Below, piece by piece: positions 37,968 to 47,863 of a DNA stretch of 64,000 nt. Within the stretch, counting starts at the first letter, position 1. Each line of letters begins with the position of its first letter. The translations under genes were made by a program, and so were the position numbers. Under the pieces are notes generated by a model, which did no database searches, was not told where the DNA came from, and saw only the letters and a program-made list of their open reading frames with translations. Source of the DNA: an uncultured Chloroflexia bacterium (GTDB lineage: Bacteria > Chloroflexota > Anaerolineae > B4-G1 > SLSP01); the NCBI GenBank assembly GCA_963751345.1, contig CAVVUS010000010.1:96001-160000 (forward strand), written 5' to 3'.

Positions 37968-38222
37968 TCACAGCTTCGCGGCGGTCGGGGCCGCGATCAG
38001 TTCGAAGCGCAGCACATCCCGCGGGCAGCGGGCCACGCACTCGCCGCACGTCAGGCAGTGGCTGTCCTTGACCGGCTCGTTCAGCCAGGCGTAGCGCCGC
38101 ACGTCGATGTCGATGGGGCAGTAATACGAGCAGATGCCGCACTGCACGCAGCGCCCCGGTTCGGGCACCACCCAGCCGTTGGCGGTCACCGCGTGCCCAC
38201 TCGTTTTCAAAGCTTTACGCAT
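37968..38222 (-). CDS. 2x[4Fe-4S] ferredoxin-like protein
   Basis: CVQCGICSYYCP and CLTCGECVARCP. Confidence 0.9.
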   Translation of the reverse strand: MRKALKTSGHAVTANGWVVPEPGRCVQCGICSYYCPIDIDVRRYAWLNEPVKDSHCLTCGECVARCPRDVLRFELIAAPTAAKL

Positions 38223-38444
38223 CCCCCCTCCGCTTGATTCTTGCCTCAGCCTCAACCTTCTCCTCTAGCACCCCACCCGCACGTCGTGCCGGCTCGTGGA
38301 TACACGCCAGCAGATTCGGATGGGTCAGGGATGTCTAGCAGTTCGCCAATTGGTCGATTGGTTACTTTCAGGCCTCGGTTCTGCAAGGCTCGATCATTAG
38401 CATACCAAATAATCACGAACCGAAACGACGGAATTGGTTTGACT

Positions 38445-39152
38445 CTACGGAATCCTCAACACGAACGACCAGCCCTCACCGCTGGCAGTTGCGCCGTCCT
38501 CGACCGGCAAGACCAGGTCGACGGTTTGGGTGCCGGACCAGGGGTAATTGCCGTGGAAGTTGGGTGCGGTGACGTCGACGATCTGCTGGCCCGTCGTCTC
38601 GACCTGCAGGTTGAGCGTGCCGCCCTCACCCGTGGCGACGCACGTGCCGCTGACGGTCATCACCGTATCCAACGACACATCGTAGGTTACCTCGTCCTCG
38701 ACCAGCGTGTCCTGATAGACGATGGGTGTCTGCCCCTGGACCGCGTAGGGGGAAGCATCACCGGTTACGGTAAACGGGATCGACCCGATCGCGAAAGGCT
38801 CCAGGCCCACGACTTCAGCTGGGCCGACGAGGAGCTGCGCGTCCAGCACGCCGCTCAACCCCCGGCAAGGATCGGCCACCGGGGTCACGGGAGTGGGCAG
38901 ATTCACAGCCGGCGCCGTCGTTGGCGTCGGCGTAGCCGTCGGGGCCGCGTCGGGCTCCGGCGTAGACATCGCGGAGGAAGGGGAAGCGGGACTCGGGGTC
39001 GCAGTGGGTGATGGGGAAGGCGTCGCCGTGGGTGTCGACGTTAGCGTGGCGGTGGGGGTTGCCGTCTCCGGCAGAGGGGAGGGCGAGCAGGCCGCGACCA
39101 GCAAGAGGCTGAACAGCACGAGCACGACAGCGTAGGAGCTTGGTCTTTTCAT
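38445..39152 (-). CDS. Lipoprotein with Pro/Thr-rich linker
   Basis: MKRPSS...LLVAAC lipobox, PT-rich stalk, beta-rich C-terminal domain. Confidence 0.8.
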   Translation of the reverse strand: MKRPSSYAVVLVLFSLLLVAACSPSPLPETATPTATLTSTPTATPSPSPTATPSPASPSSAMSTPEPDAAPTATPTPTTAPAVNLPTPVTPVADPCRGLSGVLDAQLLVGPAEVVGLEPFAIGSIPFTVTGDASPYAVQGQTPIVYQDTLVEDEVTYDVSLDTVMTVSGTCVATGEGGTLNLQVETTGQQIVDVTAPNFHGNYPWSGTQTVDLVLPVEDGATASGEGWSFVLRIP

Positions 39153-39387
39153 CGCATTCTCCTTGCGGTTTGATAGGTACTCTACCGGATGAAAAGTGGG
39201 ATACCGCCCGTGGCTTGTATGTGGGCTGCGTTGCGACGGCGATGAATCTATGATAGCAGGGGGCGCCGCGGAGGTCAAACGGCTTTGTGTGGGTGCAGGG
39301 CTTCACCATTTTCGGGCTGGGAGCCCAAGCAGGCCGAGAGCTCCGTGGGCTTGTGATATCAGCCGCGGGCGGCCCGCAGCGCCCTCC

Positions 39388-40467
39388 TTATGATAGAGTC
39401 ACCGCAATGCGGGTCGCCGTGTAGGTCAGCCAGTCATCCTCCACCAGGTGGTAGAGGTGATACCGCAGCACCGAGCCGCCGGTCCTGGCGATGGTGTCCC
39501 AATAGGCTGCGCCATAGTGGGCCTCGTAGTCCTTCACGATCGCGCCGACGTGCCGCACGAAGGCCGGGATCGGCGCTTCCTGCGTGCGGAAGACGCCCTC
39601 GCCCGGACGATAGTATCCCTTGAGCCAGCTCAGCAGCGCCCGGATGGGCGGGACTCCCATGTCGATACCCGCTTCGCTGAACATCAGCAGCTCCTTGACG
39701 GTGTTGTGCCCGTGGTAGACCCACGTCCGGATGTGGTCCGGGTTCTGCTGGGAGAGGTGCCATACCAGGAACTCAAGGGCTGCCGGCAGGGCGCGCCGGT
39801 GGCGAGGGTCCTCGGAGTAGAAGAGCGCCTGGGCCGCAAAGGTGGAGCCCCACGCGCAGCTTCGATCCCAGGGCCAGCGGCCCTTGGTCTTCGACGGCGT
39901 GGGGGAGTCCGCCAGATGGTTGGGGTTGAGCCACCCACCATCCGGTCGTTGGCAGAGGGTGAGCCAATCCCATCCGCCTTGCAGGCGTGCATCCGAGGCC
40001 ATACCGACGCTGGCAAAAGCCCGCAGGGGAATGGCATAGAGGCCGCAGCAATTCGCCGTCTCCGGGAGTGAGCCATCGCGGTGGTAGTCTGTCTCCTGGA
40101 GCACGGATGCGCAGCCTTTCCGGACTCGCGCATCTTCCGCCGTGAAGCCCATTTCCCCCAGAAACGGCAGGATCCAGGCCGTGGTGACGAACTTGGGCCG
40201 CGTCGAGGTATAGCCGCGGCCCGTCTGCCGGCGATATCCCCGCGGTCCCCACGGGCCGCCGCTGAACCACGAGCCATCCTCATTCTGTTTGGAGAAGATC
40301 TCATCGGCGTCGCTGCCCTCTTCGACCTGGCGCCAGAGCTCCATCATAGGCTTGGCGTGGGGGTCCGTCCTCAGGATATGCTTGTGCGTGAGGTACTTCA
40401 CGGGCGGCGACGCGTTCTCGAGCAGCCAGTGGGTGCTCGCACGGATCTCCTCGGGGGTCATGAACAT
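39388..40467 (-). CDS. Prenyltransferase/squalene-cyclase-repeat alpha-barrel protein
   Basis: QW-like repeats FSKQNEDGSW and LTLCQRPDGGW. Confidence 0.7.
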   Translation of the reverse strand: MFMTPEEIRASTHWLLENASPPVKYLTHKHILRTDPHAKPMMELWRQVEEGSDADEIFSKQNEDGSWFSGGPWGPRGYRRQTGRGYTSTRPKFVTTAWILPFLGEMGFTAEDARVRKGCASVLQETDYHRDGSLPETANCCGLYAIPLRAFASVGMASDARLQGGWDWLTLCQRPDGGWLNPNHLADSPTPSKTKGRWPWDRSCAWGSTFAAQALFYSEDPRHRRALPAALEFLVWHLSQQNPDHIRTWVYHGHNTVKELLMFSEAGIDMGVPPIRALLSWLKGYYRPGEGVFRTQEAPIPAFVRHVGAIVKDYEAHYGAAYWDTIARTGGSVLRYHLYHLVEDDWLTYTATRIAVTLS

Positions 40468-40578
40468 AGAGGCTTACTCCTCGATGGAGTACTGTCTACG
40501 TCTGCCCATTCCGAAGATCGAGGGATGGGCTACCACGAACCCGGTCTTTATGATGGGGCGAGTGGTGCCTGCGAGGCG

Positions 40579-41332
<754 letters not shown>

Positions 41333-41392
41333 TCAGCATGGCACAAGAACGGGCGCATGTCAATAATGGCTGTGGCGTGTACCCGTTCCGAG

Positions 41393-42667
41393 CTATGGCT
41401 TCGCCTCGGCCGCCACGCGTCGCTCCTCACGTACGCTTGCCCCTCCGCTTCCTCGCCCATATGAACGTGGCGTGACATTCCCGCTCGCCGGCAGCCGCAG
41501 CACGGCCAATCCGGCCAGCGCCATCACGACCCCGCCCACGAAGAGCGGCGCACGCCGCGATATCGTGTCACTCATCCACCCGCCGATGCTCGGACCCGTC
41601 GCACCCGCGAGCGAGACCGCCATAGCGTCCAGCCCAAACGCCGTCCCGACCCGCCCCTCGGGCGCCATCCGGCCGATATAGGAGCTGATCACCGCCAGTG
41701 TCCCACCGATGCCGAGGCCCAGGAGGAACTGCCCGGCCACGAGCAGCCAGTAGGTCGGCGCCAGTCCCTGGACGATCATCGCCGCGGCAGCCAGCATCGC
41801 ACTGCCAATCAGCAGCGTCCGGCTGTTGCCGCGGTCCGCCCATCGGCCTATCGTGGGTGCCGCCAATGCGCTGCTGATGCCCGACACCGTCGCCAGCAGC
41901 CCTGAGGCCGACCCCAACAGCGTGCTTCCCGGCATCAGGTCCTGGACGATCAGGGGCATCGTCGGCGACGTGAGCCGCAGTCCCACCCGTAGGGCGAACC
42001 GTAGCCCCAACACCAGCCCCAGCAGTGACCCGGCGAAGATGGTGGAGAAGTCCTGACGCATCCTGCTGAAGAACCTTCCTTCGGTCGCGCCCTCCACCGG
42101 CGTGAATTCCTCGTGCACCAGAAAGAGGATCAGGCCCCCTGCCACGATGAGGTAGGCGCCTGTGAGCCAGAAGGTGGCGCGGTAGCCCAACGTGTCGGCG
42201 ACAAACCCGCCGGTCATCGGCCCGAAGGCCTGTCCCAGGAAGATCGCAAGCTGTAACTTGCCCAGCGTCTCGCCCAAGCGCTCCTTGGGCGTGTTGCTGG
42301 CTACCAACGCCGTCGCCGCGGTCACCGTGCCCGTCAGCGCTCCCTGGATCAGCCTGAGCCCCGCGAACTGCCACACATTCTGCGAAAAGCCCTGCAGCCC
42401 GATGATAATGGCACCGCCGAACATCGCGCGCATGATCATCACCTTGCGCCCGTGGCGGTCGCCCAATGCGCCCCAGATCGGCCCGAGTATCCCCATGCTG
42501 ATCGACGACACCGCGATCACAATCCCACTCCACCGCGCGACCAGATCGGTGGGCACGCCCAAATACTGGATGAAATATGCGTAAATGGGGGAGGTCGAGG
42601 AAAATCCCATAATGGCCAATAACTCTGCTATCCAGACAACCGTAAGGTTGCGTCGCCACTTCGTCAT
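41393..42667 (-). CDS. MFS transporter, MdtG/DHA1-like
   Basis: WRRNL, WGALGDRHGRK motif A, about 12 TMs. Confidence 0.92.
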   Translation of the reverse strand: MTKWRRNLTVVWIAELLAIMGFSSTSPIYAYFIQYLGVPTDLVARWSGIVIAVSSISMGILGPIWGALGDRHGRKVMIMRAMFGGAIIIGLQGFSQNVWQFAGLRLIQGALTGTVTAATALVASNTPKERLGETLGKLQLAIFLGQAFGPMTGGFVADTLGYRATFWLTGAYLIVAGGLILFLVHEEFTPVEGATEGRFFSRMRQDFSTIFAGSLLGLVLGLRFALRVGLRLTSPTMPLIVQDLMPGSTLLGSASGLLATVSGISSALAAPTIGRWADRGNSRTLLIGSAMLAAAAMIVQGLAPTYWLLVAGQFLLGLGIGGTLAVISSYIGRMAPEGRVGTAFGLDAMAVSLAGATGPSIGGWMSDTISRRAPLFVGGVVMALAGLAVLRLPASGNVTPRSYGRGSGGASVREERRVAAEAKP

Positions 42668-42736
42668 CAAGCGCCTACTCCCAATCGTATAAGGTGGGTC
42701 ACAGTATAGTCCAACTCACAGATTGAATCGATGCGA

Positions 42737-45181
42737 TCAATCGCCACGTGTAATCGTCAGCTCGGCGAGCCGCACCGCGTTGTCCGTCACGGTCCCCGGC
42801 TCACCTACCACCGGCAGCCGCACCCCATCCAGCAGCCCGTACATCCCCACCTCGATGGTGTAGGTGCCCGGCGGCGCGTTTGGGTCCACCGGGAGCAGAT
42901 ACGCATCGGCGATCACCGCGCCCGGCGCCCACAACGTCGTCGGCGCCTGCCCGCCCGCCGGCTCATTGTCCTGCTGCCCCCACAGGAAGGTGCCCGTCTC
43001 GGCGTTGAACGTTTCCCCCAGCAGATGCGCGAAGACCTTGTAGCGCGCCCCGACGGGCGCCTCAGCCTGCCAGTAGAGCGTCAGCGGCACGCGGTCGCCC
43101 GCGGTCACCTCGGTCCTGGGCAGCGCATAGCCGATCAAGCGGATCTTGTCACCGAAACGGTAGTCGACCGTGGTGGGGATCGCCTCCGGCGCGGTCGCTG
43201 CCCCCGCGGCTTTGCGCACCAGCGTGAAGGTGCCGACCGGGGTGGCGGCGGTGCCCGGCACGACGACGCTGAGCCGGTAGGCGCCGCCGCTCAGATTGGG
43301 CGTCAGGGGGATGTCGACCTGGTTTCGCACGATGTTGGTCGTCGCCATCATGGGGGGCACGGGGAAGCGCAGTTCATCCGTGCCGTTGCTCGCCAGGACC
43401 TCGGCCCCATCCGGCAGCGGCGGAATCCAATAGAGCCCCAGGTGCACGGTGTCTCCCGTGCTGTAGCGCGGCAGCGGCACGGACGCGCCCACCAGGCCGT
43501 ACGACGTCGTGACATCCGCCGGCACGATGTACCCCGGCACCACCATCTCGTGGACCGGCACACGGTCAGGCGTACGCGTGTAAAAGGTCAGCGAAGCCTC
43601 GCCGCTGACCACGGTCTGCGACATCACCGAGTGTGCCGCCAGCCACTGCGGCACCGCCTGTGCCGGATCGGTTTGCAGCGACTCCGGCGTCGAGACCAGC
43701 CAGATGGCCGCGGTCTGCTCCCATATCGGCTGGAGCAATGCCTCCGTCACCGCCGGGTCGCTCAAGGCCGCGCCATAGGCCAGGTCCGTCCGCGGCCCGG
43801 CATAGTGCGCCGTGAAGATCGGCCAATCCCGGTCGACGTAGAGCACGACCGCCTCGTCGACGCGCCGCTGGGCGTTCAGAACCTCCGCAATCGTGACGTA
43901 GTCATCGTGCTGCGTCCGCCCCGGATAGTAGCTCAGCAGCCCGGCAACGGCGGCAGCCATTCCCATTCCGGCGGCACCCACCGCCAGCCAGCGACCCGGA
44001 CCGAACCGGCGCCTGGTGCCGGCCCACAGCGCATCGATGCCCCACGCCAGCAGTGTCACATAACAGGCCGCCAGGGGCAGCAGATACCGTGGCACCAGCG
44101 GGCGCGAGAAGGCGAACCTCAGCCCCGGCAGCGACACGATCGCGACGACGGTGGGCGGGAGCACCAATCCTGCCACCAGCATCGCAAGTCCGCCCACTCT
44201 GCTCTCCACTTGCCCTTCCGTGTTCTCGTAGAGACGCCCCGGCGGGGCGTCTCCGGACGCGCGATGCCGTGTCGGCGGAGTACCGCCGCCGAAGACGGGC
44301 CGCCGGCCCGTCTCTACAGCCACCGCCACCAGCCCCACCGCCAACCCCGCGAACGCTCCGACGACCCAAACGGCGTTCGCATCCAGATCGAGTGGATTTC
44401 CCACTGCCAGGATCGTCCCGTAGAGCTGGACGAAGAACCCCAGCGTGTAGGGCGCATCGCTCGACCACGCGTGCATACGGGGCAAGGCATAGAGCGCCCA
44501 CGGCAAAAAGAGCGCGACGACCGCCACCTGGGCCGTCACCCAAGTCCAGACCCGCGTCGCTTTACCCTGGCGACGCCGCTGCCACCAGAACGCCAGGAAC
44601 CCCACGTTCGTCACGACAGGCACCGTCGCCGTCAGATAGAGCGAGGCCAGACTCCCCAACGTGGTCGCAACGTACGCGCCCCACGCTACCCACCGGCGGC
44701 GCGGGCCCGCGGCACTCGTTCGCCACAGCCACACCGCCGACCACAATGACCCCGTCGCCAGCATCGCCGCCAGCGCGTACATCCGGATTTCCTGCGACCA
44801 CCAGATCGAGAACCGCGACACTGCCAGCAGCCCTGCAGCCAGGATCCCGGTTCGCGATCCGCCCAGCGCCTTCCCCAACCGGTACACCAGCGGCACCGTA
44901 AGCAGGCTAAAGATCGCGGAGAGAAAGCGCAGGGAAAACTCACCCTCGCCGGCTACGGCCCGCCAGCCGTGCAGGAGGACGTAGTACAGGGGCGGGTGCA
45001 CGTCACCGGCCGTCCACCGGATCGCTTCCGGGATCGGCATCCGGGAGAGCCAGACGCCGATGCCCTCGTCCCACCAGATATTGTGATCCGCCAATCCCCA
45101 CACACGCAGCACAAACGCCACGAGCAAGATGGGGATCAGCGTCCGAGTATTGAGATTCCTTCGACGCCGTCTAGGGTGCAC
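42737..45181 (-). CDS. GT-C fold membrane glycosyltransferase (PMT/ArnT-like, GT39/83)
   Basis: IWWDEG, DVHPPLYY, SQEIRMYAL, multiple TMs, C-terminal LTLYWQ/YKVFAHL domains. True start is probably GTG at 45181 behind TTGCCG-N17-GATACT, not 46219. Confidence 0.88.
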   Translation of the reverse strand: MHPRRRRRNLNTRTLIPILLVAFVLRVWGLADHNIWWDEGIGVWLSRMPIPEAIRWTAGDVHPPLYYVLLHGWRAVAGEGEFSLRFLSAIFSLLTVPLVYRLGKALGGSRTGILAAGLLAVSRFSIWWSQEIRMYALAAMLATGSLWSAVWLWRTSAAGPRRRWVAWGAYVATTLGSLASLYLTATVPVVTNVGFLAFWWQRRRQGKATRVWTWVTAQVAVVALFLPWALYALPRMHAWSSDAPYTLGFFVQLYGTILAVGNPLDLDANAVWVVGAFAGLAVGLVAVAVETGRRPVFGGGTPPTRHRASGDAPPGRLYENTEGQVESRVGGLAMLVAGLVLPPTVVAIVSLPGLRFAFSRPLVPRYLLPLAACYVTLLAWGIDALWAGTRRRFGPGRWLAVGAAGMGMAAAVAGLLSYYPGRTQHDDYVTIAEVLNAQRRVDEAVVLYVDRDWPIFTAHYAGPRTDLAYGAALSDPAVTEALLQPIWEQTAAIWLVSTPESLQTDPAQAVPQWLAAHSVMSQTVVSGEASLTFYTRTPDRVPVHEMVVPGYIVPADVTTSYGLVGASVPLPRYSTGDTVHLGLYWIPPLPDGAEVLASNGTDELRFPVPPMMATTNIVRNQVDIPLTPNLSGGAYRLSVVVPGTAATPVGTFTLVRKAAGAATAPEAIPTTVDYRFGDKIRLIGYALPRTEVTAGDRVPLTLYWQAEAPVGARYKVFAHLLGETFNAETGTFLWGQQDNEPAGGQAPTTLWAPGAVIADAYLLPVDPNAPPGTYTIEVGMYGLLDGVRLPVVGEPGTVTDNAVRLAELTITRGD
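44228..44317. mobile_element. REP-doublet element, family A, inserted in frame within the glycosyltransferase gene
   Basis: GTAGAGACGCCCCGGCGGGGCGTCTC...GACGGGCCGCCGGCCCGTCTCTAC; exactly 90 bp. Confidence 0.8.
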
Positions 45182-45256
45182 ACGCCAAAGTATCCCCCGA
45201 ACGGGGCGATTCGGCAAGGTTAGCAGGCTGCTTGCCCATGCAGGTGGCTCGCCGGT

Positions 45257-45291
45257 AACCTTGCGAAGGTTTCCGAAACCTTCGCAAGGTT
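45257..45291. repeat. Palindromic REP-like element, family B
   Basis: AACCTTGCGAAGGTTT-CCG-AAACCTTCGCAAGGTT. Confidence 0.75.
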
Positions 45292-45427
45292 GGGGACGCG
45301 TAGATACGGTTGCCTTGATACGGTCGTTTGCATCTCCGCCACACGATCCTACAATCAACGCCATCCCGAAGCCTCTCCATCTGTAACTGATAGCTGCCAA
45401 CCGAAAACTGTAAACTGCCGATATCCG

Positions 45428-46468
45428 ATGAAAGGCATCGCACACTTCCTCACCGGCATCGCGCTGGCTACCTGCTTTCCGGCTGTCGTTGCCCAGGCAC
45501 GACAGGGATCGCTGCTGCCGGTCCTGGCCGGTGTCGGGGCGATGTTGCCCGACCTCCTCGATTTCCGCTTTGTCCGCTACCTCGTGAGATATGATGCTGA
45601 GATCGACCCCGGGCCTGTGCCCGATGCGGCGACGGCGAAAACCGCTGCAGCGTCCGTGGCCGGCGCCCTGGCGCGCACGATGCGCGACGCCTTCGAGCGT
45701 GGGACGCCCCAACGCGTCATTGCCCACACCCTTCGGCTGGGCGCCGACCTTTGGCGTCGTTACACGATTTGCTTTGAGCCCGAGCGGGGAGAGGTCGCCG
45801 TCAGGATGGGGCCGCTCATCAACACCGGCGGGGTCGACACTCCCGGAACCCTCCCGCCCGATGCCATAGCGGCGCGCCGGCTGGGGATCCCGCTTTCCGA
45901 CAGCTACAGCCGCTGCTATGACGTGGGTGCCTTCACCGGGCCGAGTTTCACCTTTGCGCGCGAGGGCGATACGCTGGCCATCCATTTCCTTGACTGGCAC
46001 CACGGCTGGACGCACAGCCTGCCCTTGGCGGTCCTCGCCGGGCTTGTCGCCGGCGCGCTGGTGGGGTTGGCGTGGGGGGAGGCTGCCGGTCGATGGAGCG
46101 GGCTCCTGGTGGCCATGGGCGCCGCCGCGCACGCCGTGGAGGACCAACTCGGCTATATGGGCTGTGGCCTGGCGTGGCCCATGATCCGCAGACGCCTGCC
46201 CGGCCTCCGGCTGTTGCACGCAAGCGAGGCCGTGCCCAACTTCCTCGTCGTCTGGACGTCACTTGCCCTGATCCTCTTCAACCTGGACCGATTTGGCGGA
46301 CCGGGGCTGCTCCCGCTGGGGCCCTACGTGCTGCTTGCGATCGTCTTGCCCTGGCTGATCCTCGGCAGCCTCCATCTCGCGCGGCGGCGCCGTGCCACCG
46401 CTGAGCCTGCCCTATCCCCCACCGCCGATGCCGAACGTCTCGCCGAGGCCGGCGGCCTCGGCCAATGA
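45428..46468 (+). CDS. Membrane-bound metal-dependent hydrolase (YdjM-like)
   Basis: MKGIAH, GAMLPDLLD, HHGWTHSL, HAVED motifs. Confidence 0.85.
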   Translation: MKGIAHFLTGIALATCFPAVVAQARQGSLLPVLAGVGAMLPDLLDFRFVRYLVRYDAEIDPGPVPDAATAKTAAASVAGALARTMRDAFERGTPQRVIAHTLRLGADLWRRYTICFEPERGEVAVRMGPLINTGGVDTPGTLPPDAIAARRLGIPLSDSYSRCYDVGAFTGPSFTFAREGDTLAIHFLDWHHGWTHSLPLAVLAGLVAGALVGLAWGEAAGRWSGLLVAMGAAAHAVEDQLGYMGCGLAWPMIRRRLPGLRLLHASEAVPNFLVVWTSLALILFNLDRFGGPGLLPLGPYVLLAIVLPWLILGSLHLARRRRATAEPALSPTADAERLAEAGGLGQ

Positions 46469-46533
46469 TCCACCATCCTTGATCGCCAGGGTGCGGGCAG
46501 GCCACCCGCAGAGGTAATGGGATGTTCGCGACG

Positions 46534-46567
46534 AACCTTGCGAAGGTCCCAGAAGCCTTCGCAAGGT
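46534..46567. repeat. Palindromic REP-like element, family B
   Basis: AACCTTGCGAAGGTCCCAGAAGCCTTCGCAAGGT. Confidence 0.7.
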
Positions 46568-46648
46568 AAGCGTATCTGAAATGCGATAGCCCTGCCTTGT
46601 TCCTTTCGTTCCCCTCGCCTTGGTCCTCCACGTGGTATAATCCGACCC

Positions 46649-47698
46649 GTGAACGTCTATCACCCCCCATGGCTTCGCCGGAGGCAGGTCCGTGTCCCGG
46701 TGGTCGCGGGAGCCCTTGTCATCGGTCTATTGCTTGCCCTGAGCGCCTGCGACGGCATCCTGACCCCACCGCCCACGTCTACGCCGACCCCGGCGTCGAC
46801 GTCGGCCCGCGGTCTGGCGACGCCCACCATCTCCCCCGCGATCTACCTGACGCCGATCCCACCGACGCCCACGTTCACGCCATCGCCCACCCCCACGCCC
46901 GTCGTACACGTCGTCACCAGTGGCGATACCTTGTTCGGGATCGCGCTGGACTACGGGGTCAGTGTCGATGCCCTGGTGCGTGTGAATGGCCTCGACGAAG
47001 AGGCATTTCTGAGCATTGGCCAGGTCCTGATCATCCCGCTGGAGACAGAGGATGAACTCGTCGATGACGGTATGCAGGCACCGCAGGGCAACGTGATCCT
47101 GCCCACGCCCACGCCGGTGGGTCTTTCCGTCACCGGCATCTCGCTCTTTCACACGCCGGTCGGCGGGATCTGGTGCATGGGTGAGATCCTGAATACCACC
47201 GGGGATCCGGTGACCAACCTCCAGGTGGAGGTGACCCTGCTGGCGCCTGACGATACACCGCTGATGACGGCCCGCGCCTTGGCCGCAGCCGACTACCTAG
47301 CGCCCCAGGAGCGGGCCCCCTTCTCGGTGCTCTTCAAGAACCCGCCCGACGGCGTCGTGGACGCCGAAGTGAACCTGCTGCGTGGGGAGGCCATCAGCCC
47401 GATCACGTCGGACTTCGTGCCGGTGCAGGTCGTAGGCGCGGAGGGGAGCGTCTCCGGCCCACAATACCGCGTCCGGGGCACACTGCGCAATGACAGTGAG
47501 CAGGCCCTCACCCGTGTCGCCGTCGTCGCCACGATCTACAACGCCGACGGTGCCGTGGTCGGGTACCGCGAACTCGTCATGCCCGACGACTTCGTGCTGG
47601 GCCCCGGCGCCGAGCAGCCCTTCGACCTCTTGCTCACGCCGCAGGAAGTCACGCCCCCCTCCGGCTTTGGTGCCATCGCCTGGGGCGTCGCCGGCTGA
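46649..47698 (+). CDS. LysM lipoprotein with two FxLYD-like Ig domains
   Basis: LSAC lipobox, HVVTSGDTLFGIALDYGV, GEILNTT and GTLRNDS..ATIYNADG. Confidence 0.85.
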   Translation: MNVYHPPWLRRRQVRVPVVAGALVIGLLLALSACDGILTPPPTSTPTPASTSARGLATPTISPAIYLTPIPPTPTFTPSPTPTPVVHVVTSGDTLFGIALDYGVSVDALVRVNGLDEEAFLSIGQVLIIPLETEDELVDDGMQAPQGNVILPTPTPVGLSVTGISLFHTPVGGIWCMGEILNTTGDPVTNLQVEVTLLAPDDTPLMTARALAAADYLAPQERAPFSVLFKNPPDGVVDAEVNLLRGEAISPITSDFVPVQVVGAEGSVSGPQYRVRGTLRNDSEQALTRVAVVATIYNADGAVVGYRELVMPDDFVLGPGAEQPFDLLLTPQEVTPPSGFGAIAWGVAG

Positions 47699-47729
47699 CC
47701 CGCGCTCCCCGCCTCGACTCAAAACGATG

Positions 47730-47758
47730 TTGACGCTTCCTTCTAACTATGCTATAAT
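47730..47758 (+). promoter_or_regulatory. rpoB promoter
   Basis: TTGACG-N17-TATAAT. Confidence 0.75.
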
Positions 47759-47863
47759 GCCCTGTCGCATATCTTAGGCTTTGTGGGATTGTTTTTCGAC
47801 ACGGGTACGCCCCAAGCACACTCTCAGGGATCTCGAAAGTATCCCAGGAGGGAAGGGTAGAGA

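Noticed and set aside
42731-46219. 1160-aa ORF as a giant fusion, and a 672-aa opposite-strand ORF
   Set aside because: The N-terminal ~345 aa is the antisense of the hydrolase gene plus repeats, and a promoter with GTG start lies at 45181. The plus-strand ORF is a shadow.
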